In this document: positions 1-9,630 of the stretch, piece by piece
How positions within the stretch are numbered: position 1 is the first letter of the stretch
Layout of the letters: every line of letters begins with the position of its first letter
DNA from: a bacterium
Lineage (GTDB): Bacteria; Patescibacteriota; Minisyncoccia; Phycocordibacterales; UBA918
Direction: 5' to 3'
Assembly: GCA_043719295.1 (NCBI GenBank)
Contig: JAYSUD010000012.1
Location: forward strand, 26,790 to 90,789
Length of the DNA stretch: 64,000 nucleotides
Made by a program: the position numbers and the translations under genes
The notes under the pieces: generated by a model
Database searches by the model: none
What the model saw: only the letters and a program-made list of their open reading frames with translations
What the model was told of the DNA's origin: nothing

Positions 1-1094
1 ACTAGAAATGCAATACCCATACCCACCCAAGGAACCCAAACGTATCGCTCGGTCACCCTACTCTCTTCATTGTCACAGACGTCTCCAATACCATCACCAT
101 CTTCATCTTGTTGGTTCATGTTTGGATTATTTACGCAGTTGTCAACATTGTTTAATATTGCGTCCCGATCAAAATCATCACAAGCATCGCCTACACCATT
201 TTTATCTACATCTTCTTGTCCTGGATTTGATTCTGCGGGACAATTATCTCTGACATCTTTAACCCCATCATAATCAACATCAGCTTCAACATATAAGGTA
301 TTTTTCTCAATCTTTGAAGCCTGCACTATGCGCACGTTAGTATCATTGCGCAAATCACCACTTTCACCCGTTACTGCAGTGAATGCCTGATCGGGGTTAA
401 AAAATATATTGTATGACATGCCCTTTTGTGCGAGGAAGCGTAATGATTGTACTGCTTGTGTAGCCCTATCCTCTTGAACAAGATCTAATTCTGCAATGCG
501 TAATGGCTGGTTATATTCAAATGTCACATTCCAAAAACGTGCTGTTGTTTCTGGGAAAAGAATGGTATTAGACGTAACAGGTCTTCTTGCAACGACAGTT
601 TGATTACTACCTGAAATATACGCAGTAATTTGTACACTTAAGGGTAATGTCACATTTTTACCTAACTCTAATACCAACTTCGAAGAGGTTATTGTATTCT
701 GACTTGATAGCTCGATATCGATACTTTCTATTTCACCACCATTCTGTAAAGGAACAGATACCATGGTCGTAGAATTATTGTCTGCTAGTGACTGTGTTCT
801 TGAACCAAGAATACTTTGTGCAAATACTGGTTCTTCAGATTCAATACGGGATTCTTTAAAATATGAAGGAAGTAAATTCCCTGTTTGAATCTCTTGTACC
901 AGAAACCCAACACGGTCAATTGGTATTGAAGCAAAAGGCACCTCTACAACAGTTGGTACAGCAATTGCAGTATTTAAGACAGTGGCTTTTGATCTGAATA
1001 CTGAGAATGCCGCATCTTCAAACGCTTCTGTGTAAAGAGTGCAACTAGTAATCAGTACGAGAAAGAATATTGTTTTATAGATAGATATATTCAT
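1..1094 (-). CDS. Partial (C-terminus off window) secreted protein with thrombospondin type-3-like Ca-binding Asp-rich repeats
   Basis: Minus-strand ORF starts with ATG (revcomp of cat at 1092-1094) and translates MNISIYKTIFFLVLITSCTLY... (hydrophobic signal-like N-terminus). It stays open to the window edge. Its C-terminal part (coords ~1-300) has repeated DxDxDG / DNCP motifs (DVDYDGVKDVRDNCP, DVDKNGVGDACDD, DNCVNNPN). It is not in the ORF track because it runs off the edge. Confidence 0.5.
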   Translation of the reverse strand, partial: MNISIYKTIFFLVLITSCTLYTEAFEDAAFSVFRSKATVLNTAIAVPTVVEVPFASIPIDRVGFLVQEIQTGNLLPSYFKESRIESEEPVFAQSILGSRTQSLADNNSTTMVSVPLQNGGEIESIDIELSSQNTITSSKLVLELGKNVTLPLSVQITAYISGSNQTVVARRPVTSNTILFPETTARFWNVTFEYNQPLRIAELDLVQEDRATQAVQSLRFLAQKGMSYNIFFNPDQAFTAVTGESGDLRNDTNVRIVQASKIEKNTLYVEADVDYDGVKDVRDNCPAESNPGQEDVDKNGVGDACDDFDRDAILNNVDNCVNNPNMNQQDEDGDGIGDVCDNEESRVTERYVWVPWVGMGIAFL

Positions 1095-1107
1095 ATGTAT
1101 TAGAGAA

Positions 1108-2937
1108 TTATGAAACAGATTCATTCAAAGGAGTTTTTTGTGGTGGCTTAATAAACGCTGTTGAGATAAGAAGTGTGCCTATTGCTCCAAATGTGATAAT
1201 CCTTCCTGCAAGTTCCATTTGCCACACATCGATAATAAGCAAGTGCAACACAACAAATCCAAGGAGAACTCCTCCAACAATATTCATAATCTTTTGTGCT
1301 TGTACTCTGCCAATGATAAATAACGTAATTCCGATAATGGTGAAAGAAAAAAGTGAAAACATTGTTGCTACATCATCACTGTACAGCGAATGTAATACGA
1401 GCCAAATGATTGCGAGCATGTATACCGTACCAGAGATGGCAAGAGCATGAGCAATAGTTGCAAAATCTTTTCCCTGTCTTTCGACTTTTTCAAACAGTAA
1501 ACCACTCAGACCAAAAAGGGCTAACGCGAGTACTGAAAGAACAAAAAAGTCTCCATGTAAGAATCCGTTTTGCCATGATGGTGCGAAAAGACTTTCTAAA
1601 GAAAGTATCATAGGAATGAGCATCAGTGCATGGATACTTTTTGAGATTTGTTCTTCTACTACTAGTTTATGAGCGAGTGCGATTACAAGAGCAGCTTCTA
1701 TGGTATAGGCAATAGCAAGTACAGGACCTTCAAGCTCTGCTGCAGTAGCAGCACCAAGCAAACCAATACTCACTGCACTGTATATATAAAATGGAATACG
1801 GTTTGAAGAAGATCGATACACTACAAAGGTACCGAGTCCAAACACAAGCATCCACATTGCACATAAGAGACTTTGGAACACATCAGGTGCAGCAGCAAAG
1901 ATCCAGACTACAAGATACAAACCAGTACCAACTGCGACGCTCACATGCACCTGTGCGAGATTTTCATTTTTGGGGTGCACAATACTTATGATATTGGTGA
2001 CAAAGAAAATGGCAGTAAATATGAAGGAGAACAAAAGTGCAATATCACTCTCTCTTGAGGAAAGTGTATCAACTAAGAACGGGAGGCCGTAGAAAAAAGC
2101 TATAACCAATGCAGCAAATGTAAGAGCTCGAGCACCGGTTACATGAACAACCCAAAGTGTCCCAAGAATCACAACAAGTAAGTACGAGAAAAGCACAACG
2201 ATGTCTGGGTTTGGTGAGTTAGTCAGAAATGGTGCAATACTTGCAAGACACAAACTCGCAAATGCGAGTGCTGTGTTTTTGTATACGACACTTACATATG
2301 CAACAAATGAAACTGCCAAGAACATAATGAGAAGAGAGGTAGCAGGAGTAAAGAAGTCATAGATTTCACGAGCTCCAAATACAGTTAAAAGTACAATGGT
2401 TAAACCAAGTACGATGAAGACACTTCCCTGATGCAGATAGGTACGGATTCGATATGTACCAAAAATCATGATTCCTAAACCGGAAAGTAGTCCAAGTGTG
2501 ATGCGTCCAATGGGACCAATCCATTGATGTGCAAATGCATAACTCACAAACCAACCAAAACCAATAAGCAAAAGAAGTGCCCCGAGCTTTACAAAAAAAT
2601 CCTCTTTAATCCATTTTTCAAATGCACTCTCTTGCGGTGGCTGGTAGAGCATTTGGCGTGCAGGCACTGCATTAAGTATCTGGTCTTGTTGTGGCACCAT
2701 TACTGCTGAATGAAGAACACTCGGTGCTTCTGTTGAAGTTGTAACAAGACTGTCTTGTGACAAAGGTGTAGGTGCAGTTGACACAAACTTACCTCCTTTA
2801 AGTAATTCTATTTCCCGAGCTAAATTTGTAATTTTAGAAGAGAGAACAAAAAAGACGATGATTGCTGCAATAATGCCCATACATTTATGATAATTAAGTA
2901 ATACACTAAGTATACAGGCAAACAATATCCTCAGCAT
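1108..2937 (-). CDS. Multi-pass integral membrane protein, DUF2339-like
   Basis: 609-aa ORF with more than 12 hydrophobic helices. It has a coiled-coil N-terminus followed by FEKWIKEDFFVKLGALLLLIGFGWF, resembling the FE.WIG motif of DUF2339. Confidence 0.5.
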   Translation of the reverse strand: MLRILFACILSVLLNYHKCMGIIAAIIVFFVLSSKITNLAREIELLKGGKFVSTAPTPLSQDSLVTTSTEAPSVLHSAVMVPQQDQILNAVPARQMLYQPPQESAFEKWIKEDFFVKLGALLLLIGFGWFVSYAFAHQWIGPIGRITLGLLSGLGIMIFGTYRIRTYLHQGSVFIVLGLTIVLLTVFGAREIYDFFTPATSLLIMFLAVSFVAYVSVVYKNTALAFASLCLASIAPFLTNSPNPDIVVLFSYLLVVILGTLWVVHVTGARALTFAALVIAFFYGLPFLVDTLSSRESDIALLFSFIFTAIFFVTNIISIVHPKNENLAQVHVSVAVGTGLYLVVWIFAAAPDVFQSLLCAMWMLVFGLGTFVVYRSSSNRIPFYIYSAVSIGLLGAATAAELEGPVLAIAYTIEAALVIALAHKLVVEEQISKSIHALMLIPMILSLESLFAPSWQNGFLHGDFFVLSVLALALFGLSGLLFEKVERQGKDFATIAHALAISGTVYMLAIIWLVLHSLYSDDVATMFSLFSFTIIGITLFIIGRVQAQKIMNIVGGVLLGFVVLHLLIIDVWQMELAGRIITFGAIGTLLISTAFIKPPQKTPLNESVS

Positions 2938-2970
2938 TTGACATGTTTACAGCTAGTACGTTTTGAATAC

Positions 2971-3840
2971 TTAGATCTTGTATACCCTCCTCACATTTTC
3001 AAGCAATTGCATTCTGACTTTTTCTTCGTCTTCACCTTTAATCTCAGCTATCTTCTTGTAGACTTCCTGTACCATCCACGGTTCACAACGTTGTCCACGA
3101 TAGGGTTTTGGGGCGACATAGGGACAGTCAGTCTCTCCATGAATAAGATCTAAGGGTGCATTGCGGACAATCTCTTCATAATCCTTTGCAAACGTAATGA
3201 CTCCCGTAAAAGAAATAGTTCCTCCAATATCAAAAAAAGACTCTGCTTCTTCGTAGGTACCTGCATAGAAGTGCACATTAAACGGTACCTTTGCATATTG
3301 TTTTAAAACTGCCAGAACATCAGCATATACACTTCGTCCAGTAGGACTCTCCTTATCTTTTTGCGGACCTCGAGTGTGAATCATTAGTGGCAATCCTAAC
3401 TCGTTTGCCAATTCAATTTGCGCAATAAATGCTCTCTCTTGTACTTCATAGCTATCAGCGTTTGTGTGATAGTAATCAAATCCACATTCTCCAATACCAA
3501 CCACTTTTGGATTCAGTGCAAGCGCACGATAAAAGTCAGTGTCGAACACCTCACCTTTTGACTCAAAACCTTTACTCCCTTCCCCAATTTCGTCTTCGTC
3601 ATGAGTAGCAGGTACGGTCTGTATTGGATGTAACCCGACAATCGCATAGAGATGATCATGCTCTTGTGCGAGTTCAACTGCCTTGGCACTTGTTGATTGT
3701 TTAGTACCAATATTTATAACCGACACACTCTCATTCTTGCAACGCGCAATAACCTCTTTCACATCGTCATTGAAGGCGCTGAGGTTTAAGTGTGCATGTG
3801 TATCAATATAGTTTGTATCCATTATGCACGAGTATACCAT
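2971..3840 (-). CDS. tatD: TatD-family metal-dependent hydrolase / DNase
   Basis: Typical TatD N-terminus (M)DTNYIDTHAHL and later GECGFDYY...H.R motifs. The start is probably the internal Met at 3822. Confidence 0.8.
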   Translation of the reverse strand: MVYSCIMDTNYIDTHAHLNLSAFNDDVKEVIARCKNESVSVINIGTKQSTSAKAVELAQEHDHLYAIVGLHPIQTVPATHDEDEIGEGSKGFESKGEVFDTDFYRALALNPKVVGIGECGFDYYHTNADSYEVQERAFIAQIELANELGLPLMIHTRGPQKDKESPTGRSVYADVLAVLKQYAKVPFNVHFYAGTYEEAESFFDIGGTISFTGVITFAKDYEEIVRNAPLDLIHGETDCPYVAPKPYRGQRCEPWMVQEVYKKIAEIKGEDEEKVRMQLLENVRRVYKI

Positions 3841-3918
3841 GCTCGTTTTTTATTCAAATTTGTGTTCTAATACATTTTCAAACGAGCAAATATTTCTTAT
3901 AAACCTTACCTATATACC

Positions 3919-4644
3919 ATGGAAAATAGCATTACCGTTAGCAAACATGCAGGAATCACAAGCTGGATTGTAGGCGGTATTGAAGTACTCTATACAGAAC
4001 GGCAAGTAAAAGAAGAAATGCGCGGAGGAGCGCCGTTATGTGCTCCCTTGTTTAGTGTGCAACCACGACCTGTTCTTGGATCGCATCTTCCGATGCACGG
4101 GCTCACGCAAACACATATTGCAGATTTGCATGCGTTCAGTAATGAAACTAATTCTTGGTATACAGAAAGTCACTTCAAAGCGAACGAGGTATTTGCATGG
4201 GACTGGACACTTATTACTACAACTACCGTGACGGGAGGCACACTTGAACACACCATGACTATTACGCGCGAAGAGAAATGTACAAACCCTGATGAAATGC
4301 CACTGTCACTTTGTTTTCATCCTTACTTCAATACATTTGGAAATGATTTTTCTTTTTCAATTGGTGATGTTACTTACACAAAAGAAACACTCCCTTCAAA
4401 CATTATTGACTCTGCATTCGCACCACTACGTGAGGGTCAATCAGCAATTCTTACTACAGACAAGGGAGTGTTAACCATTACCCCAAAGAGATATGATGAA
4501 TATTGTTTGTGGAGTGATGACATACACAACTACTTCTGTATTGAACCAATCTACCAATACCGTGAGTTTGGCCTACCCAATACCGGCCTACAAAAAGGCG
4601 AAGTTCACAAATCTTCCTGCACATTAGTATTTGAACCTACTTAG
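3919..4644 (+). CDS. Aldose 1-epimerase / D-hexose-6-phosphate mutarotase-like protein
   Basis: RGGAPLCAPLFS resembles RGG(I/V)P.CFPWFG of glucose-6-phosphate 1-epimerase (YeaD) family. The size of 241 aa fits. Confidence 0.5.
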   Translation: MENSITVSKHAGITSWIVGGIEVLYTERQVKEEMRGGAPLCAPLFSVQPRPVLGSHLPMHGLTQTHIADLHAFSNETNSWYTESHFKANEVFAWDWTLITTTTVTGGTLEHTMTITREEKCTNPDEMPLSLCFHPYFNTFGNDFSFSIGDVTYTKETLPSNIIDSAFAPLREGQSAILTTDKGVLTITPKRYDEYCLWSDDIHNYFCIEPIYQYREFGLPNTGLQKGEVHKSSCTLVFEPT

Positions 4645-4748
4645 CATTTTTCTGTATCCACCAACGCTTGATAACGGGGAGACTGTCATCTACGATTATT
4701 AAATAAACTACTCTTACATACGTAATATCCGCAATAATACCATCCTTT

Positions 4749-4772
4749 AAGCTTTCGGTTAACCGAAAGCTT
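4749..4772. promoter_or_regulatory. Perfect 24-bp palindrome AAGCTTTCGGTTAACCGAAAGCTT, 16 bp upstream of the TrpR-like gene start; candidate operator
   Basis: Seen directly. It shares an 18-bp core, CTTTCGGTTAACCGAAAG, with the palindrome at 5189-5222. The GTTAAC centre resembles trp-operator half-site architecture. It is followed by a tgatatcataataatATG promoter-like stretch. Confidence 0.45.
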
Positions 4773-4787
4773 TGATATCATAATAAT

Positions 4788-5195
4788 ATGACGAATGTTT
4801 CAAAAATATCCCTTCCTCCCGAACAGCTCAATGCACTTTTTCACCAGCTAAGTTGTAGTTTGGGTGCACTTGAACCAAAACATATTAATTCCTTTCTCTC
4901 AGACTTACTCGGTACCGAGGAACGTATTATGATTGCAAAGCGACTTGCTGTAATCATAATGCTCATACAAGGACAATCTTTATATAAGATAGCAACAGTA
5001 CTTCAACTAAGTACTTCAACTGTAGACTCAATTCAAAAAAAGCTTAAGCTAGGTGAATACGATTTTATTGTTCGCACATTTAAAAAAGAGAGGAAGAAAT
5101 TTACAGGAATTCTGGATGTTATTGAAAATATACTCAGTGTTGGTGGGATAATGCCAAGTCGGGTTGGTCTAGATCGATATAAAGCACTGCGGTAA
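4788..5195 (+). CDS. TrpR/YerC-family small DNA-binding regulator
   Basis: LLGTEERIMIAKRLAVIIMLIQGQSLYKIATVLQLSTSTVDSIQKKLK matches the YerC/TrpR-related family (DLL.p.ER..la.R......L..g.s.reIa..lgvS.aTvtR). Confidence 0.6.
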   Translation: MTNVSKISLPPEQLNALFHQLSCSLGALEPKHINSFLSDLLGTEERIMIAKRLAVIIMLIQGQSLYKIATVLQLSTSTVDSIQKKLKLGEYDFIVRTFKKERKKFTGILDVIENILSVGGIMPSRVGLDRYKALR

Positions 5196-5222
5196 CCTTT
5201 CGGTTAACCGAAAGGTTACCGC
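5189..5222. promoter_or_regulatory. Perfect 34-bp palindrome GCGGTAACCTTTCGGTTAACCGAAAGGTTACCGC overlapping the stop codon of the TrpR-like gene
   Basis: Seen directly. It has the same 18-bp core as 4749-4772. No T-run follows, so it is not a canonical intrinsic terminator. It may be an operator or an RNA hairpin. Confidence 0.4.
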
Positions 5223-5261
5223 ATTAAAAACGTGAGGTTATTCTTTAGTTAAACTCAACCA

Positions 5262-5507
5262 CTACTTTTTGAAGTGTATAAACCACATCTTTTTGACTGT
5301 AGGAAGTGAAAGTGTTGAAAGAAAATATCCGCCAACAGGCACAAGCCCATTAATTAGTGGTGCTTCATTACTAATTAGTTTCAAAAAAGTTACTGCCGTA
5401 AGATATGTAATGCCCATAATGAAAAACCCTCGGGTGTAACTTGTTTCCCAAGCTTTATCAAGTTCAACGCGATTGTTCCTTTGTAAAATTTCTTCAATGC
5501 TTTGCAT
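5262..5507 (-). CDS. Small hypothetical membrane protein
   Basis: 81-aa ORF with two hydrophobic segments (FFIMGITYLTAVTFLKLI, LVPVGGYFLSTLSL). It lies directly upstream of the GDSL hydrolase on the same strand. Confidence 0.3.
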   Translation of the reverse strand: MQSIEEILQRNNRVELDKAWETSYTRGFFIMGITYLTAVTFLKLISNEAPLINGLVPVGGYFLSTLSLPTVKKMWFIHFKK

Positions 5508-5511
5508 ATAT

Positions 5512-6156
5512 TTATAATATTTTATTTTCTTCTAACATGCTCTTAATTTTCAGATACATATATTCATGACCGAGCTCATTTGGATGTATCCCGTCTGGAA
5601 GGCAAACTGATTCTTTCCCTTGGTATACATCTTGAATATTAAAGAATAATTGTCCGTGCGCTATTGCAAATTTTTGGAGAACAGCATTATATCTTGAAAT
5701 TTCTTTATTGCTATATCCATGTGTTGTTTTCCATGTCATTGGTTGAACCCTTTTATCAAAAACTGGTGCAATACCAACAATAATAATTTTTTTGAATAAA
5801 TCTGATATAGACTGATAAATCGATTCAAGATTTTTATTCATTTCTGCTACAGAAACACGATTCTGTCCTGTACCCATTTCATACTGAGAATCATTTACCC
5901 CAATAGCCAAAATCGCTACGTCAAAGTCTTCTGGAGGATATTTCAAGATACGTGCTTCCGATTCTGCTCTCACACGCTTCAGTAAATCGGAAGTATTATC
6001 TCCTGAAACTCCCAAGTTAAAAATAGTTCTATTATATTGATAATCCGAGACAACTTCCCTTTCAAAACATTCTTTAATAAGCCGATTACACCAACCGCCT
6101 CCAGACATGTCACAAAAACCTTGAGTGATACTATCTCCAAATACTAAAATACGCAT
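5512..6156 (-). CDS. SGNH/GDSL-family hydrolase (lipase/esterase-like)
   Basis: N-terminal ILVFGDSIT (GDS block) and C-terminal DGIHPN (catalytic D..H) are hallmarks of the SGNH fold. Confidence 0.8.
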   Translation of the reverse strand: MRILVFGDSITQGFCDMSGGGWCNRLIKECFEREVVSDYQYNRTIFNLGVSGDNTSDLLKRVRAESEARILKYPPEDFDVAILAIGVNDSQYEMGTGQNRVSVAEMNKNLESIYQSISDLFKKIIIVGIAPVFDKRVQPMTWKTTHGYSNKEISRYNAVLQKFAIAHGQLFFNIQDVYQGKESVCLPDGIHPNELGHEYMYLKIKSMLEENKIL

Positions 6157-6157
6157 T

Positions 6158-7600
6158 TTATGATTCTAACCTCTTAAACAAATTTTCAGGTTTTTTGTTG
6201 GAAAGGATTGCTTCTTTTATAATTACATTAGTTTCGGGCATAATTGGGTAGAGCAACCGAGCGATAGTATAGAGTTCAGTTACAAGTTCAATAATTATTT
6301 TTCGTGCAGCAGGCTTATCAACTTTTACCAACTTAAACGGCTCAGTCACAGCAATTTTTTCATCAAGCTCCCCCACCTTTTTCCATATATAATCACATGC
6401 CCCTTGGAAGTTGTATGTTTCAAGTGCATCACTATACTCTTTGGGAAAATCAGCTGATGCAGGTTTTAGAATTGGTTCATCAAGATGTGTCTCTGCCATC
6501 TGCATGATACGCGCAACTAAGTTCCCTAAACCGTTAACTAAGTTTGCGGTGTAGTACTCATCCATTTTTTCCCAAGTTAAATCGGAGTCGTCAAATGGAT
6601 GTACATGACGGAGAAATATGTAGCGCGTTGCGTCAGTGCCATATTTTGCCACAAGCGCATATGGTGAAATAACATTTCCTAACGACTTACTCATCTTGTG
6701 TCCATCACTATTGATGAAGCCGTGATATATCACTTTGTCTGTTGCTTTAATTTGCGCACTTTTCAACATCGCCTGCCACATCACTGACTGAAAACGCACT
6801 TGGTCTTTACCAGCAACCTGGAGTGTCTCTCCATCAACCCAGAACTTTTGAAAATTACCTTCGGTGTCCTCTGGCCAACCAAGTGCTGAGATGTAGCTTG
6901 TTAATGCGTCAAACCATACATACATTATTTGCTCGTCATCCCCAGGTACAGGAACACCCCAGTCCATCCGTGATTTTTCGCGTGAGATTGAAAAGTCTTC
7001 AAGTCCTGCCTGCACAAAATTGAGTGCCTCTTGTCGTCGCCACTCTGGTGCAATAACGTTTTCATTTGAGAGATACAACTCAAGGTAACTTTGGTACTTT
7101 GAAAGTCGGAAGAAATAATTTTCTTCTTCAACTTCTTCTGCATTTGTTAGATGGATGGCACACATCTTCCCTCCTTCAAGTTCCGATTCTTTATAAAATA
7201 ATTCGCACCCTACACAATACAACCCAGTATATTTCTTTTTGTAGATGTCACCTGCATTTACACACTTCTCCCAAATTGCTTGCGCCGCTTTCTTGTGTGC
7301 TTCATCAGTGGTGCGAATAAACTTATTGTATGACAAGTTAAATGCCCCTTTGAGCTTTTGAAACTCTGCCGCATAGTGGTCTACATACGCCTGTCGCGAC
7401 TGCCCTTTTTCATCAGCTTTTTGCGCAATCTTCTGTCCATGCTCATCAGTCCCCGTATTAAAAAACACCTCGTGACCCATGAGCCGCCAGTAGCGAGCGA
7501 GTGTATCTGCCTGTATAAAATCAAGCCCATGCCCCATGTGTGGGTCAGCGTTTACGTACGGAAGTGTAGTTGTTATGTAGCGTGCTTTTTTGTCAGACAT
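6158..7600 (-). CDS. metG: Methionyl-tRNA synthetase (short form)
   Basis: TTLPYVNADPHMGHG (HIGH region) and KMSKSLGN motifs. 480 aa, with no C-terminal dimerisation domain. Confidence 0.95.
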   Translation of the reverse strand: MSDKKARYITTTLPYVNADPHMGHGLDFIQADTLARYWRLMGHEVFFNTGTDEHGQKIAQKADEKGQSRQAYVDHYAAEFQKLKGAFNLSYNKFIRTTDEAHKKAAQAIWEKCVNAGDIYKKKYTGLYCVGCELFYKESELEGGKMCAIHLTNAEEVEEENYFFRLSKYQSYLELYLSNENVIAPEWRRQEALNFVQAGLEDFSISREKSRMDWGVPVPGDDEQIMYVWFDALTSYISALGWPEDTEGNFQKFWVDGETLQVAGKDQVRFQSVMWQAMLKSAQIKATDKVIYHGFINSDGHKMSKSLGNVISPYALVAKYGTDATRYIFLRHVHPFDDSDLTWEKMDEYYTANLVNGLGNLVARIMQMAETHLDEPILKPASADFPKEYSDALETYNFQGACDYIWKKVGELDEKIAVTEPFKLVKVDKPAARKIIIELVTELYTIARLLYPIMPETNVIIKEAILSNKKPENLFKRLES

Positions 7601-7669
7601 AATCTAAATACAGTACCATAGCCCTTAAATAAAAAAAGTGGCCGGTCCCATTAAGGACCGGATCCATCT

Positions 7670-8161
7670 TTACAACAACGAGCTGAAACGACTTGTCATA
7701 TCAGATTCCAGAGGAGGTTCTTTCATGAGCACATTTGCTAGCGCCGTCCTCATATTCGTGACCGACTTTTGGTTGCGCGTCTTTCCAATATCTTTTGGCC
7801 ACTCATTGCGAGAAAGTCTATGATACCAGAAGTATCCTGGGCCAAAGGGTTTAGCTTGAATAAGAACTGGGCCTCTGGATACTATTCCAATTGGCTTCAA
7901 ATCAAGTATCCAGCCGCTTTTCAGAGCAATCCAGGAGTGTTCGTTATCACAAACTTTTCCATCTTCGAAAAGAGTTATAAACGACCCCGATACAACACGA
8001 GCTTGAATCAATGGGGCAACAGCTCGAGCAATAATATGGCAGGTGCGTGGCTCCCCAAAGTAATCTTCCCGCAACAGAAGTTCCATAAGATATTCAGCGT
8101 ACACAAAACGATATCGATCTTTCGGGCTAATATCGTTTACCTGGTGATAGAACATCTCCAC
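7670..8161 (-). CDS. Hypothetical protein
   Basis: 163-aa ORF co-oriented with the flanking metG and glyQS. The overlapping plus-strand ORF 7769-8314 is judged spurious. No motif recognised. Confidence 0.35.
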   Translation of the reverse strand: MEMFYHQVNDISPKDRYRFVYAEYLMELLLREDYFGEPRTCHIIARAVAPLIQARVVSGSFITLFEDGKVCDNEHSWIALKSGWILDLKPIGIVSRGPVLIQAKPFGPGYFWYHRLSRNEWPKDIGKTRNQKSVTNMRTALANVLMKEPPLESDMTSRFSSLL

Positions 8162-8211
8162 ATCCTCCCCTGTCTGTCGGTTTCTGTATTCAGTCCGAGA
8201 GTACGGTACCT

Positions 8212-9606
8212 CTATTTCAAGAAAGAAACAAGGTCAGCGATTGCTACGCGCTCTTGCACTCCAGTATCACGGTTACGGACGGTGACGGTGTCTTTCAAAG
8301 AGGGGTCTTCTTGACCTAAGGTTTCAAAGTCAATGGTGACACATGCAGGGGTTCCAATTTCGTCTTGTCGGCGGTAGCGTTTTCCGACGTTGCCGTTGTC
8401 ATCAAATTCAGCGCGCATTTCTTTTGAGAGAAGAGCAAATACTTCTTCTGCTTTAGCAACCAGTTCTGGTTTGTTTTTAAGGAGTGGAAATACTGCTACT
8501 TTGATTGGTGCAAGATTCTTGGGGAGTCGTAACACAGTACGTGTTTCGCCACCAAGTTCATCTTCATCATAAAACTCAGTCATGACCGCTAAGAAAGTCC
8601 GGTCGAGTCCAGCAGAAGTTTCTACTACATGGGGAATATATTTCTCGTTGGTATATGGATCAGTGTATTCCATTGAAACTCCTGAAAATGTTTGATGTTG
8701 GGTAAGGTCATAGTTACCTCGTGCATGAATACCTTCAAGCTCTTTAAAACCAAATGGGAAATTGTATTCAATATCAAATGCTGCTTTTGCATAAAAGACC
8801 AGGTTTTCATGTTCATGAAAACGGAGGTTTTCTGGTTTGAAACCCATATCAATGTAGTACTGCATTCGTTTTGCTTTCCACACTTCGTAGATAGTCATTT
8901 CGTCAACCGGAGAAACGAACATCTGCATTTCCATTTGTTCAAACTCTCGCTTACGGAAGATGTACTGTCGTGGTGCAATTTCATTTCGGAATGCTTTACC
9001 AATTTGCGCAATTCCAAAAGGGACTTTAACCCGCGTACTATCGAGGACATTTTTAAAGTTTATATAGATACCCTGGCACGTTTCTCCTCGTAAGTACGCA
9101 GGTTCTTTTGTCCAATCTTCAGAGAAGTTTCCGAGGTTTGTTTGTGCGAGCAAGTTAAACTGTCGCACTTCACCAAAATTCTTTTGCCCGCACTTTGGAC
9201 ACACAAGCTTTTCACGATTAGCATCAAAAAGTTCATTAATTTCTTCAACTGACATTTTTTCGTCAGCAAATACATCAAGTTCTTCAAGTAAGTGGTCGGC
9301 TCGTGATCGAGTGTTACATTCTTTACATAAAACCATCGGGTCTGAAAAACCGCCAACGTGACCTGATGCTTCCCATACTTTTGGATGTGTCACAATTGCT
9401 GAATCAAGACCTACAATATTTCGCTCTCCTTGCACCATCGCCTTCCACCATGATGCTTTAATATTATTTGCGAGTTCAACACCATAGGGACCATAATCAA
9501 ACGACCCCACAAACCCGCCATAAATTTCACTGCCCTGAAACACAAATCCTCTTCGCTTACACAACGATACAATTTTCTCCATCTTTTCGGAATTATTTTC
9601 TGCCAT
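8212..9606 (-). CDS. glyQS: Glycyl-tRNA synthetase, dimeric alpha2 (class II) type
   Basis: MEKIVSLCKRRGFVFQGSEIYGGFVGSFDYGPYGVELANNIK is the canonical alpha2-GlyRS N-terminus. Class II motifs follow. Confidence 0.95.
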   Translation of the reverse strand: MAENNSEKMEKIVSLCKRRGFVFQGSEIYGGFVGSFDYGPYGVELANNIKASWWKAMVQGERNIVGLDSAIVTHPKVWEASGHVGGFSDPMVLCKECNTRSRADHLLEELDVFADEKMSVEEINELFDANREKLVCPKCGQKNFGEVRQFNLLAQTNLGNFSEDWTKEPAYLRGETCQGIYINFKNVLDSTRVKVPFGIAQIGKAFRNEIAPRQYIFRKREFEQMEMQMFVSPVDEMTIYEVWKAKRMQYYIDMGFKPENLRFHEHENLVFYAKAAFDIEYNFPFGFKELEGIHARGNYDLTQHQTFSGVSMEYTDPYTNEKYIPHVVETSAGLDRTFLAVMTEFYDEDELGGETRTVLRLPKNLAPIKVAVFPLLKNKPELVAKAEEVFALLSKEMRAEFDDNGNVGKRYRRQDEIGTPACVTIDFETLGQEDPSLKDTVTVRNRDTGVQERVAIADLVSFLK

Positions 9607-9630
9607 AATTTTCGTACAATATCATTAATT

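Noticed and set aside
8-273. Two small plus-strand ORFs (81 and 67 aa) at the window start
   Set aside because: They lie antisense within the 1-1094 minus-strand secreted-protein gene. They are His/Leu- or Ser-rich shadow ORFs.
7769-8314. 181-aa plus-strand ORF overlapping the minus-strand 7670-8161 gene and the glyQS 3' end
   Set aside because: It is antisense to a co-oriented gene string and has Trp/Phe-rich, low-complexity composition typical of shadow ORFs. The minus-strand ORF was preferred.
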